Below, one piece after another: positions 8,087 to 15,898 of a DNA stretch of 17,334 bases. The stretch spans positions 1-17,334 of the forward strand of contig JAWOBF010000101.1 of assembly GCA_046498225.1 (NCBI GenBank). Direction: 5' to 3'. The position numbers were made by a program, and so were the translations under genes. Numbering within the stretch: position 1 is the first letter of the stretch; each line of letters opens with the position of its first letter. The DNA is from Candidatus Aegiribacteria sp. (GTDB lineage Bacteria > Fermentibacterota > Fermentibacteria > Fermentibacterales > JCC-6). The notes under the pieces are model-generated. The model saw nothing but the letters and a program-made list of their open reading frames with translations, searched no databases and was not told the origin of the DNA.

Positions 8087-9030
8087 AGGATTCCAGGAAC
8101 CGGGAGATAGACTATCTGCGGCTGTCCGTCACCGACAGGTGCAATCTCAGGTGCGTCTACTGCATGCCTTCCGAGGGAGTCTCCCTGGTACCCCGGGACC
8201 GGGTGCTCAGCGTGGAGGAGACGGTCCGCCTCACGGATATCGTCACCTCGGCACTGGGGATAACCAAGGTAAGGATCACCGGCGGCGAACCTCTGGTGCG
8301 CGGGGGGGTGACGGACATAATTCGAGGCATATCCTCCCTGGGAGTTCCCGAGCTGGTCCTCACCACAAACGGGGTCCTCCTGGAAGCCATGGCGGAGGAG
8401 CTGGCCGGAGCAGGTATCCAGCGGGTCAACGTCAGCCTGGACAGCCTCAGGGACGGCCGGTTGCGGAGAATAGCCGGAAGGGACATGGAACTGGCCCGCG
8501 TCGAGGCCGGCATTGCAGCGGCGGCACGCGCCGGAATGTCCCCGGTCAAGGTCAACTGCGTCGTGATGCGCGGGTGGAACGATGACGAGATACCGGACTT
8601 CCTGAGGTGGGGCGAACGGATGGGCCTGACCGTGAGGTTCATCGAACACATGCCCTCGAGAATGGTCGGGGACGTCCTGGTGCCGAGGGACGAAATACTG
8701 GAGAGGGCCGGCTTTCTGGGAACGGTGGAAAGGCAGGAGAACGGCGGGAGCACCGCGGGTCGATACATGATACGCGGCACAGGAATAATATTCGGCATCA
8801 TCGCGCCGCTGTCGGACGGCATGTGCCGAAAATGCAGCAGGGTGCGCCTCTCCGCGGAAGGCACCCTGTACCCCTGTCTTTCCGTGGATGCAGGCACCCC
8901 TCTCAGGGAACTCCTCAGGAGCGGTTCCGAAGTGGAAACGATAGCGGAGGCCGCCAGAAGGGCGGTATTCGATAAACCCGTATCACACGGAGGGTGCTTC
9001 CAGACGAAGATGTGGAAGGTAGGAGGATGA
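8083..9030 (+). CDS. moaA: GTP 3',8-cyclase MoaA (radical SAM), 315 aa
   Basis: YLRLSVTDRCNLRCVYCMP, RITGGEPL, NVSLDSL, C-terminal CRKC-x13-C cluster and terminal MWKVGG (GG motif). True start is ATG 8083, overlapping the moeA stop. Confidence 0.95.
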   Translation: MKDSRNREIDYLRLSVTDRCNLRCVYCMPSEGVSLVPRDRVLSVEETVRLTDIVTSALGITKVRITGGEPLVRGGVTDIIRGISSLGVPELVLTTNGVLLEAMAEELAGAGIQRVNVSLDSLRDGRLRRIAGRDMELARVEAGIAAAARAGMSPVKVNCVVMRGWNDDEIPDFLRWGERMGLTVRFIEHMPSRMVGDVLVPRDEILERAGFLGTVERQENGGSTAGRYMIRGTGIIFGIIAPLSDGMCRKCSRVRLSAEGTLYPCLSVDAGTPLRELLRSGSEVETIAEAARRAVFDKPVSHGGCFQTKMWKVGG

Positions 9031-9031
9031 G

Positions 9032-9505
9032 ATGAAGGAGCTGAGCCATCTCGACCGGGACGGCAACGCCAGGATGGTGGACGTGTCCGCCAAGGAGCCC
9101 ACCAGGCGGGAAGCGGTGGCCTCAGGAAGGATAAAGCTGGGCGGGAACGCCTCCCGCGCCCTTGACCGGGGAAGCGTGCCGAAGGGCGATGTATTCGCCG
9201 CGGCCAGGCTGGGCGCCATATCCGCGGTAAAGAGAACGTGGGAGATCATACCCCTCTGCCATCCCCTGAGAATCGGGGGGGTGGAAGTGGACCTGCGCAA
9301 GACCGGCGATACCGTCACCGCCACCTGCAGGGTCACCGGTGTGGAGGCCACCGGATTCGAGATGGAGGCTTTGAACGGAGTTATGACGGCGCTGCTTGTG
9401 ATATACGACATGACGAAATCCCTGGACCGGGGAATGGAGATAGACCGGGTGAGGCTCATCAGCAAATCCGGCGGAAAATCGGGAGAGTACAGATGGCAAG
9501 AGTGA
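9032..9505 (+). CDS. moaC: Cyclic pyranopterin monophosphate synthase MoaC
   Basis: LSHLD..G.ARMVDVSAK, KGDV, IPLCHPL, TGFEMEAL, IYDMTKS and KSGGKSG motifs. Confidence 0.95.
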   Translation: MKELSHLDRDGNARMVDVSAKEPTRREAVASGRIKLGGNASRALDRGSVPKGDVFAAARLGAISAVKRTWEIIPLCHPLRIGGVEVDLRKTGDTVTATCRVTGVEATGFEMEALNGVMTALLVIYDMTKSLDRGMEIDRVRLISKSGGKSGEYRWQE

Positions 9506-10422
9506 TATCGGTTAACGCCAGTGACAGTAGACAGACCAGAAAAGTCCCCCGGGAGTCGGTCAGGCTCCTCAGGGGACACGGCATAGAGGGGGACGCTCAC
9601 GGGGGCCCGGGCCCGCGGCAGGTGTCCATCCTCTCCGACGCTTCCATGGGGAAGATGAGGGCATCCGGCATAGAGACTTCACCCGGCTGCTGCGGGGAGA
9701 ACATCGACGTGGGGGAATGCGGTGAGATGTACACCATGCTCCCGGGGGTCCGCCTGCGCATGGGGAATTCCGCAGTAGTGCGGATAACGGAGATAGGCAA
9801 GGACAATTCGGACGGCCATGCGGACAACGTGATAAAGGGGAACATATTCCCGGAGGAGGGCGTGTTCGCCGAGGTGCTGGAGGAGGGCGAGGTGCGACCG
9901 GGGGACGCGGTGACCTCCCTTCGGGACGAAGGCTACCTCGCCGGGGTCCTCACCGTCAGCGACTCCGCCAGCCGGGGGAAGTACCCGGACCGGAGCGGCC
10001 CCGCCGTGATGGAACTCCTGGCAGGCGCCGGCTTCCGGCCGGCCAGATACCATGTGGAGCCCGACGAAATGGACGCCCTGGCATCCAGAATGTCGCAATG
10101 GTGCGACGACGGGTTCATCGACGTCCTGTTCACCGCCGGGGGGACCGGGCTGTCGCCCAGGGACGTTACTCCCGAGGCCACGGAGAGGATATGCGGCAGG
10201 AAGGTTCCCGGCATCGCCGAACTCATGAGGATGCGGTCATCGGAGGTAACTCCCATGGCGTGGCTTTCCCGGGCGGCCTGCGGCGTCAGGGGCAGAACCC
10301 TGGTCATAAACCTGCCGGGCAGCCTCAAGGCCTCGGTGGAATGCGCCGGTTTCGTCCTGCCGGTGCTGGACCACGCCCTGGAGATACTGAGGGGCGACGT
10401 GGAGCACTGCGGCCGCGGCTGA
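9493..10422 (+). CDS. MOSC-domain :: MogA/MoaB (molybdopterin adenylyltransferase) fusion, 309 aa
   Basis: N-terminal GIEGDAH, RQVSIL, GENIDV, ITEIGK, EGVFAEVLEEGEVRPGD (MOSC). C-terminal LTVSD...D.SG, TAGGTGLSPRDVTPEAT, SRAACGVRG.TLVINLPGS (MogA). Start at ATG 9493. Confidence 0.9.
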   Translation: MARVISVNASDSRQTRKVPRESVRLLRGHGIEGDAHGGPGPRQVSILSDASMGKMRASGIETSPGCCGENIDVGECGEMYTMLPGVRLRMGNSAVVRITEIGKDNSDGHADNVIKGNIFPEEGVFAEVLEEGEVRPGDAVTSLRDEGYLAGVLTVSDSASRGKYPDRSGPAVMELLAGAGFRPARYHVEPDEMDALASRMSQWCDDGFIDVLFTAGGTGLSPRDVTPEATERICGRKVPGIAELMRMRSSEVTPMAWLSRAACGVRGRTLVINLPGSLKASVECAGFVLPVLDHALEILRGDVEHCGRG

Positions 10423-10620
10423 TCAGCCCCCGGACATCAGGTGTATCACGTCCACCACGGCCCCGTCGGGCACGGTGGCGGAACCGTACCGGTCCCGGGG
10501 GACCAGCTCCCCGTCAATCCTCACCACAAGCAGGGGAAACAGGTAGTTCTTCTCCCGGATAACGTCCGCTACCGTCATTTCCGGCGACCACTCCATGGGG
10601 TCGCCGTTTACCCTTATCAA
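10423..10620 (-). CDS. ThiS/MoaD-family ubiquitin-like sulfur carrier
   Basis: 65 aa, MIRVNG... ending in the diglycine HLMSGG. TTG start overlaps the stop of the upstream AOR fusion, with GGAGG upstream. Confidence 0.9.
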   Translation of the reverse strand: MIRVNGDPMEWSPEMTVADVIREKNYLFPLLVVRIDGELVPRDRYGSATVPDGAVVDVIHLMSGG

Positions 10621-12605
10621 CCTCCGTGCTTCCTTACCAGCTCCAGGACATCCGGGAAATCAATGCCCAGGTCCAGCAGCTTCTCCGCCGTGGGCACTCC
10701 GTCCTGCGTCCATCCTCTGCGCCTGTAGACCGCGTCGAGGAGCTGCTCGTACCGGTCCGTCCGGTACTCGCGAAGGGCGGCCACCTTCTCCCCGGTGGAC
10801 ATTCCCTCGGGGTCGATACCCACGTCCTCCTTCAGCTGCGTGTCGTACCTCTCCCGCCTCGATTCGTACTCCTCCGCGGTGACAGGTCCGGCGGAACGGT
10901 AGGGTATCGCGTCGTGCTCCCTTTTCCCGAAGCCCATCTTCAGGTTGAACACCCGCTGGAAGTTGTAGACCTTCTCCGACATCCTTATGAGGCTGTCCAT
11001 GGTCTGGGGCTTGCCGGTGACTCCCTCGAAGAATTCGCAGTAGCCCTGCACGTGGCCCGGCACCTTCGCCGGCTCGTCGGTCTCGGCGTTGTCCGGCGGC
11101 TCGACGTCGTTCCAGGGCAGCTTGCACAGGCCGCATAGGCTGAACCAGGTCCTCCACATGGGGAAGTAGTGAAGGGCCTCCGCCTTGTCCTCGAAAGTGG
11201 GTATCTGCTTGTTGACCATGTCCATGAATATCAGCCAGGCCTCGTCGTGCTGGGCCCCCTTCAGGGCTATGCCGTAACCGCCCTGCTGGGCCAGCGATTC
11301 CTTTGTGACGTATTCGGAATACTCCATTCCCTTGGCTTCCATGCCTATGTCCTGAAGGAAGCCGGGGTCCGCCCCGTAATTCTCCTCGAAGTACTTCTTC
11401 ATGTACCTGATGCCTTTGCCGGCGATGAGGCCGAAGCCCTCTCCCCGTCCTATCTGGTGAAGGAGCTCCATGGCGGCGTCCGCGGCGCCGAAGTGTAACT
11501 CCAGCCCGCCGGTCTTCTCGCTGTCCAGCACTCCCGCCTCGTAGCATTCCATTATGAAGGCGGTCATGGTGGAGAAGGAGATGGTGTCCAGGCCGTAGGT
11601 GTCGCAGTAGAAGTTGTACTCCACCACGAAGTCGGGGTCGAATATGCCCATATTGGACGAGCCGCCCACCGTCTCGTACTCCGGGCCGTCCACCAGGACC
11701 TTCTCGCCCTTGTAGGGGCCGGTCTTCAGCTGAAAGCCCTCAATGGCCTTGGCGCAGGCCATGGTGCATCCCAGCCAGCATCCGTCGGGCTTTCCCCGGG
11801 TGTAGTAGGTCCTGAAGACGTCGGAGCTTATCTTCCCGGTCTCCTCATGGCTCCCGAACCTGTAGTTCTTCACCGGGAGCAGGTCGTAGGCGTCCATTAT
11901 CTCCACAAGGTGGGCGGTGCCCACGCTGCGCATGTCGCACTGCTCGCTGTCGTACTTTATCATCTCCTCGGTGACCCTCATCCCCGCTCGCCGCACCATC
12001 TCCGCGTCGTAGGGCTGGTTGGGGTCGTCCACCATGGTTATGGCGCCGGTGGGACATATCTCCGCGCACGCCCCGCAGCCGATGCAGTGCGGCTGACGCG
12101 AGTCGTAGGGCATGCGGACCGACCGCTGGGGTCCCCTGTCGGTGAAATTTATCACGTTCTCCCAGATACCCTGCTCGCACACCCTCATGCAGAGGCCGCA
12201 GAGGATGCAGGCATTCGGATTCCGGTCCGCCAGCGGATGGGTGAACCTGGGGCGGGATACTCCGGCAAAATCCGCCATATCCTTGATGACCTTGATATTG
12301 GGCCACCTTGCCAGCATCAGCTCCAGTATTGTCTTCCTGTTCCTCCGGACCTTCTCGGAGGAAGTCTCGACGCTTATGGGTTTCCTCACCGGGTAGTTGC
12401 ATGAGGTGACCAGCTTCCTCCTTCTGCCGTCGTCCACCTCCACCACGCAGAGCCTGCAGGCGGCGTAGGGGTCGACCAGGTCGCTGTTGCACAGGGCGGG
12501 AATGTGGATTCCCGCCTTCTCCGCCGCGTTCAGAATGCTGGTGTCTTCCTGGACGGATACTTCCCTGCCGTCTATTTTGATATCAATCATGTTCTTGTCA
12601 GCCAT
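10617..12605 (-). CDS. Fusion: HydA/NuoG-type N-terminal FeS module ([2Fe-2S] + 2x[4Fe-4S]) joined to AOR domains 2 and 3 (W-bis-pterin catalytic part), 662 aa
   Basis: Start ATG 12605 (TAATG coupling). FeS motifs IPALC..ACRLCVVEV..TSC, CILCGLCMRVC and CIGCGACAEICP. AOR motifs follow: LPVKNY, GCWLGCTMAC, GPEYET, CDTYGLDTIS, CGLCKLPW, RVFNLKMG and YRRRGW..DG.P. Confidence 0.9.
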   Translation of the reverse strand: MADKNMIDIKIDGREVSVQEDTSILNAAEKAGIHIPALCNSDLVDPYAACRLCVVEVDDGRRRKLVTSCNYPVRKPISVETSSEKVRRNRKTILELMLARWPNIKVIKDMADFAGVSRPRFTHPLADRNPNACILCGLCMRVCEQGIWENVINFTDRGPQRSVRMPYDSRQPHCIGCGACAEICPTGAITMVDDPNQPYDAEMVRRAGMRVTEEMIKYDSEQCDMRSVGTAHLVEIMDAYDLLPVKNYRFGSHEETGKISSDVFRTYYTRGKPDGCWLGCTMACAKAIEGFQLKTGPYKGEKVLVDGPEYETVGGSSNMGIFDPDFVVEYNFYCDTYGLDTISFSTMTAFIMECYEAGVLDSEKTGGLELHFGAADAAMELLHQIGRGEGFGLIAGKGIRYMKKYFEENYGADPGFLQDIGMEAKGMEYSEYVTKESLAQQGGYGIALKGAQHDEAWLIFMDMVNKQIPTFEDKAEALHYFPMWRTWFSLCGLCKLPWNDVEPPDNAETDEPAKVPGHVQGYCEFFEGVTGKPQTMDSLIRMSEKVYNFQRVFNLKMGFGKREHDAIPYRSAGPVTAEEYESRRERYDTQLKEDVGIDPEGMSTGEKVAALREYRTDRYEQLLDAVYRRRGWTQDGVPTAEKLLDLGIDFPDVLELVRKHGG

Positions 12606-14455
12606 TACCGCACCTCCACAGCGCTGAAGTTGCATACTTCCCTGCAGACACCGCAGTGTATGCACTTGTCCTGGTCTATCACATGCGGTTCCTTCGGGCT
12701 TCCCGTGATGGCGTCCGAGGGGCAGTTCTGAGCGCACAGAGTGCATCCGGTGCATTTTTCCGGGTCGATGCGGTATTCGATGAGCGCCTTGCACTGCAGC
12801 GCCCTGCATTTTCCCCGCCCGATGTGTTCCTCGTACTCGTCACGGAAATACTCCAGGGTGCTCAGGACCGGGTTGGCGGCGGTCTGGCCCAGGGCGCAGA
12901 GGCTGCTCTCGGTCATGCTTCTGCCGTACTCCTCCAGCAGCTCCAGGTCTCCGTCGCGGCCCGCGCCGTCTATTATCCTGTCCAGAATGGTCCCCAGCGC
13001 CACCAGGCCCTCCCGGCACGGAGTGCACTTGCCGCAGGACTCATCCTTCAGGAAATCCACGAAGTACTTGGCCACCTGTACCATGCAGGTTTCGTCATCC
13101 ATTACCACCATGCCGCCGGAACCCATCATGGAGCCGGCTTCGGTCAGGGTGTCGAAATCCACCGGAAGGTCCAGCCTGTCCGCCGGCAGCACTCCTCCCG
13201 AGGGGCCGCCGGTCTGCACAGCCTTGAATTCCCTTCCTTCGGGAATGCCTCCGCCGATATCGTAAATTATCTCCCTCAGCGTTATGCCCATCGGCACCTC
13301 TATCAGGCCGGCGTTCTTCACGTCGCCCACCAGGGAGAACACCTTGGTGCCGGAGGAACCGTTCCATGGGTTCTCCGAGACGTCTCCCGTGCCTATGGAG
13401 GCGAACCATTCCGGCCCCCTCCCGATTATCACCGGGACGTTGGCCCAGGTTTCAACATTGTTGAGCACGGTGGGGCGGTCCCGGAACCCGGATTCCACGG
13501 TGTGTATGTACTTGGCCTTCGGTTCCCCCGGAAGGCCGGCCATGGATGCCATCAGGGCGCTGGATTCTCCGCACACGAAGGCTCCGGCGCCTCGATGCAC
13601 CTTCACGTCGAAGGAAAAGTCAGTTCCCAGTATTCCCCGCCCCAGCAGGCCCGTCTCCCGGGCCGCCGCTATGGCTTCGTTAAGCATGGACAGGGCCAGG
13701 GGATATTCCTTCCTCACGTAGACGTACCCTTCGGAAGCACCGATGGCGTAGGCCCCCAGCATCATTCCCTCCAGAATCGAATGGGGGTCCGATTCCAGCA
13801 GCGAGCGGTCCATGTACGCCCCGGGGTCGCCCTCATCGGCATTGCACACCACCACCGGTTCCTTGCCCGTCTTCTTCACGGCGTCGGCGCAGGACTTCCA
13901 CTTGACACCGGCGGGAAATCCGCCCCCGCCCCTTCCCCTGAGCCCTGAGGACGTCACCTGATCGATGACCTCGGCCGGCTCCAGGGTGTCCAGCGCCCGG
14001 GCTATGGATTCGTAAGCTCCGTTAAGAACGGCTTCTTCGATGCTGTGCGGATCCATTTTCCCGCGGTTCCTCATGGCAACCAGCATCTGCTTGGAATAGA
14101 AAGGCGCGCTGAGATCGATGGCCTCCAGCCCGTCCCGCCGGTCTCCCCTGCACATTTCCAGAAGGTCCCCTGCCCTGTCCTCGGTAACGTGGAGGAATAT
14201 CTTCTCCCCGCCTTCGGGGAATCTGACGGTGACCTGCGGTTCGCTGCTGCAGAGCCCTCCGCAGCCGGAAGACCTCAGCGTCAGCCCCGGGACTTCCTCC
14301 TTCCGCAGCCTGTCCTTCAGTGCGGCCAGTGTTCTGGAGGCCCCGGCGGAGATCCCGCAGGTTCCCAGATGCACCGTCACCACCGTACCGCTGCGGTCCG
14401 CTTCCGTCATTCCCTCTTTTATGGTCCTGAGTCTGTCAAATGCCTTGGATGTCAT
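12605..14455 (-). CDS. HydB/NuoF-like NADH- and FMN-binding subunit (BfuB type) with N-terminal thioredoxin-like FeS domain and C-terminal 2x[4Fe-4S]
   Basis: SGLRGRGGGGFP, CNADEGDPGAYMDRS, GAGAFVCGE, NNVET, FKAVQTGGPSGG, ESCGKCTPCREG, CRALQC, CTGCTLCAQNC and CIHCGVCREVC. Confidence 0.93.
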   Translation of the reverse strand: MTSKAFDRLRTIKEGMTEADRSGTVVTVHLGTCGISAGASRTLAALKDRLRKEEVPGLTLRSSGCGGLCSSEPQVTVRFPEGGEKIFLHVTEDRAGDLLEMCRGDRRDGLEAIDLSAPFYSKQMLVAMRNRGKMDPHSIEEAVLNGAYESIARALDTLEPAEVIDQVTSSGLRGRGGGGFPAGVKWKSCADAVKKTGKEPVVVCNADEGDPGAYMDRSLLESDPHSILEGMMLGAYAIGASEGYVYVRKEYPLALSMLNEAIAAARETGLLGRGILGTDFSFDVKVHRGAGAFVCGESSALMASMAGLPGEPKAKYIHTVESGFRDRPTVLNNVETWANVPVIIGRGPEWFASIGTGDVSENPWNGSSGTKVFSLVGDVKNAGLIEVPMGITLREIIYDIGGGIPEGREFKAVQTGGPSGGVLPADRLDLPVDFDTLTEAGSMMGSGGMVVMDDETCMVQVAKYFVDFLKDESCGKCTPCREGLVALGTILDRIIDGAGRDGDLELLEEYGRSMTESSLCALGQTAANPVLSTLEYFRDEYEEHIGRGKCRALQCKALIEYRIDPEKCTGCTLCAQNCPSDAITGSPKEPHVIDQDKCIHCGVCREVCNFSAVEVR

Positions 14456-14466
14456 CTCAGCCTCCT

Positions 14467-14928
14467 TCAGCTGTCTTCGAGGGATGAGAGGATATCGTGT
14501 ACTTCCGAGGGCTTGACCTCGCTGATTATCTCATCGTCGATGGAGATCACCGGAGCTATGCCGCAGCATCCCAGGCATCTGACCTCGGAAATGGTGAATT
14601 TGCCGTCCGGCGTCGTCTGACCGCTGGAGACGCCCAGTTCCCGCTCCAGTGCGGCCAGGATGTCCGGCGCTCCCTTCACGTAGCACGCTGTTCCCATGCA
14701 GACCTGTATCTCCCTCTCGCCTCTGGGCTCCAGGCTGAACGCCTTGTAGAAGGTGGCTATATGGAATAGCTTTCCCCTGGGCCTGCCGGTCCTGTCCGCG
14801 ACCCTCTCCAGGGCCTTCTGGGGAATGTGCCTGAACTGGTCCTGAATGTCCTGCATCATCTCGATGACGAACTCGGGATCCACGTTCCACTTGTCGATTA
14901 TGGCGTCCACGCGCTTGATATCAACCAT
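14467..14928 (-). CDS. HydC/NuoE-like [2Fe-2S] subunit (BfuC type)
   Basis: ATFYKAFSLEPRG, VCMGTACYVKGA, TTPDGKFT and RCLGCCGIAP. SD GGAGG upstream. Confidence 0.93.
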   Translation of the reverse strand: MVDIKRVDAIIDKWNVDPEFVIEMMQDIQDQFRHIPQKALERVADRTGRPRGKLFHIATFYKAFSLEPRGEREIQVCMGTACYVKGAPDILAALERELGVSSGQTTPDGKFTISEVRCLGCCGIAPVISIDDEIISEVKPSEVHDILSSLEDS

Positions 14929-15733
14929 TGGACACCTCCTCCTCCGTGTCTTCCCGGGGCTGGTCGATGGTCCAGACCGGTCTGGTATGGGGAGATTTTA
15001 CCACCAGGGCCTTCAGCCCCTTGCCGCGGAACACCGTGCCGGTGCCTCCACGGCCGGCCTGCTTCAGCCGCATGGTCCTCCTTCTCCAGTCCCACCATGA
15101 GAAATTGAGGCACCCAATCCAGGCATGGTCCGAGCCGGTGCCGGCCGAGACCGTGGAGACATGTCTCTTGTCATCGTCGTCCTCGGAGTACATCTCGGCT
15201 ATCTCCTCCGCCGCCAGGTGGGAGTTCACCGACAGAAGTGGTGATTCCAGCACCTGGACCCTGCCGTTGATGCCGTCGATGAACACGACTGTGTCATCAT
15301 TGCGCTTGCCGGTCACCACCAGGCAGTCGAACCCGGCGAATTTCAGCAGGGGGCCGAAATGTCCTCCGACGTTGGAATCGACAACCGACCCGGTGGTGGG
15401 GGATATGGTGGTTACTATGGATTTTCCCGCCCCGGCGAACGAGGTGGTCCCTCCCAGAGGACCCGCCGCTATGCAGAGGGGGTTCTCGGGACTGTCCCAT
15501 TTCGTGTCCGGGTTCACTTCCTGCCAGGTCATCCAGAGGTCGAATCCCTTTCCCCCCGTGAAGACCTCCTTCATCTTCTCCGTTACCGGGATTATCCTGA
15601 AGGAAGGCTCGGAGATGTCCACTCTCAGTATCTCCCCGGTATAGCCTCTAACCGAGGGCTTGGGGCTGTACTCGAACTCGCCCAGGACCTTCTGCCTGTT
15701 CAGGATATCGCCGGCGCTGTGCTTGCTTGCCAT
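14921..15733 (-). CDS. Stand-alone aldehyde:ferredoxin oxidoreductase N-terminal domain, 270 aa
   Basis: GYTGEILRVDIS, FTGGKG, DSPENPL, GPLGGT, ISPTTG..DSNVGGHFGPLLKFAGFD and AGRGGTGTVFRGKGLKALVV, after which the ORF soon stops. Start ATG 15733 with GGGAG upstream. Stop overlaps the NuoE-like start. Confidence 0.88.
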   Translation of the reverse strand: MASKHSAGDILNRQKVLGEFEYSPKPSVRGYTGEILRVDISEPSFRIIPVTEKMKEVFTGGKGFDLWMTWQEVNPDTKWDSPENPLCIAAGPLGGTTSFAGAGKSIVTTISPTTGSVVDSNVGGHFGPLLKFAGFDCLVVTGKRNDDTVVFIDGINGRVQVLESPLLSVNSHLAAEEIAEMYSEDDDDKRHVSTVSAGTGSDHAWIGCLNFSWWDWRRRTMRLKQAGRGGTGTVFRGKGLKALVVKSPHTRPVWTIDQPREDTEEEVSNG

Positions 15734-15816
15734 ACATAACTCCCTGTGTTTTGCGCCAATGACCGGACGGATGGCCGTCATGCCGAACGTGTGAACTGAC
15801 CTTGAAATACTCATGA

Positions 15817-15845
15817 AAGCTACAAATTTATGAATGCCGAATCAA
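15817..15845 (-). promoter_or_regulatory. Putative sigma70 promoter of the split-AOR/bifurcating operon
   Basis: Minus strand TTGATT (15845-15840), 17-nt spacer, TAGCTT (15822-15817), in the AT-richer divergent intergenic region. Confidence 0.5.
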
Positions 15846-15898
15846 CCCTGATCGAGAGAATCTGGCCGGGAGGGCCGGGTTTGCTTAGAATATGCATC

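Noticed and set aside
2890..12809. Longest-ORF start positions (2528, 2890, 7921, 9238, 12809, 15814, 15830)
   Set aside because: The extensions overlap upstream genes or promoters and lack family similarity. Downstream starts give stop/start coupling, SD sites or family-typical N-termini.
10617..14928. [FeFe]-hydrogenase or respiratory complex I operon
   Set aside because: There are no H-cluster motifs and no membrane Nuo subunits. The catalytic part is AOR-type.
14921..15733. AOR N-domain gene as a truncated pseudogene
   Set aside because: The missing domains 2-3 are present intact three genes downstream. The break falls at the domain boundary and the stop overlaps the next start.
15790..15833. 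Possible Rex or other operator (TCATGAA-N9-TTTATGA) in the divergent promoter
   Set aside because: The palindrome is only imperfect and matches TTGTGAA-N4-TTCACAA poorly, so it cannot be supported.
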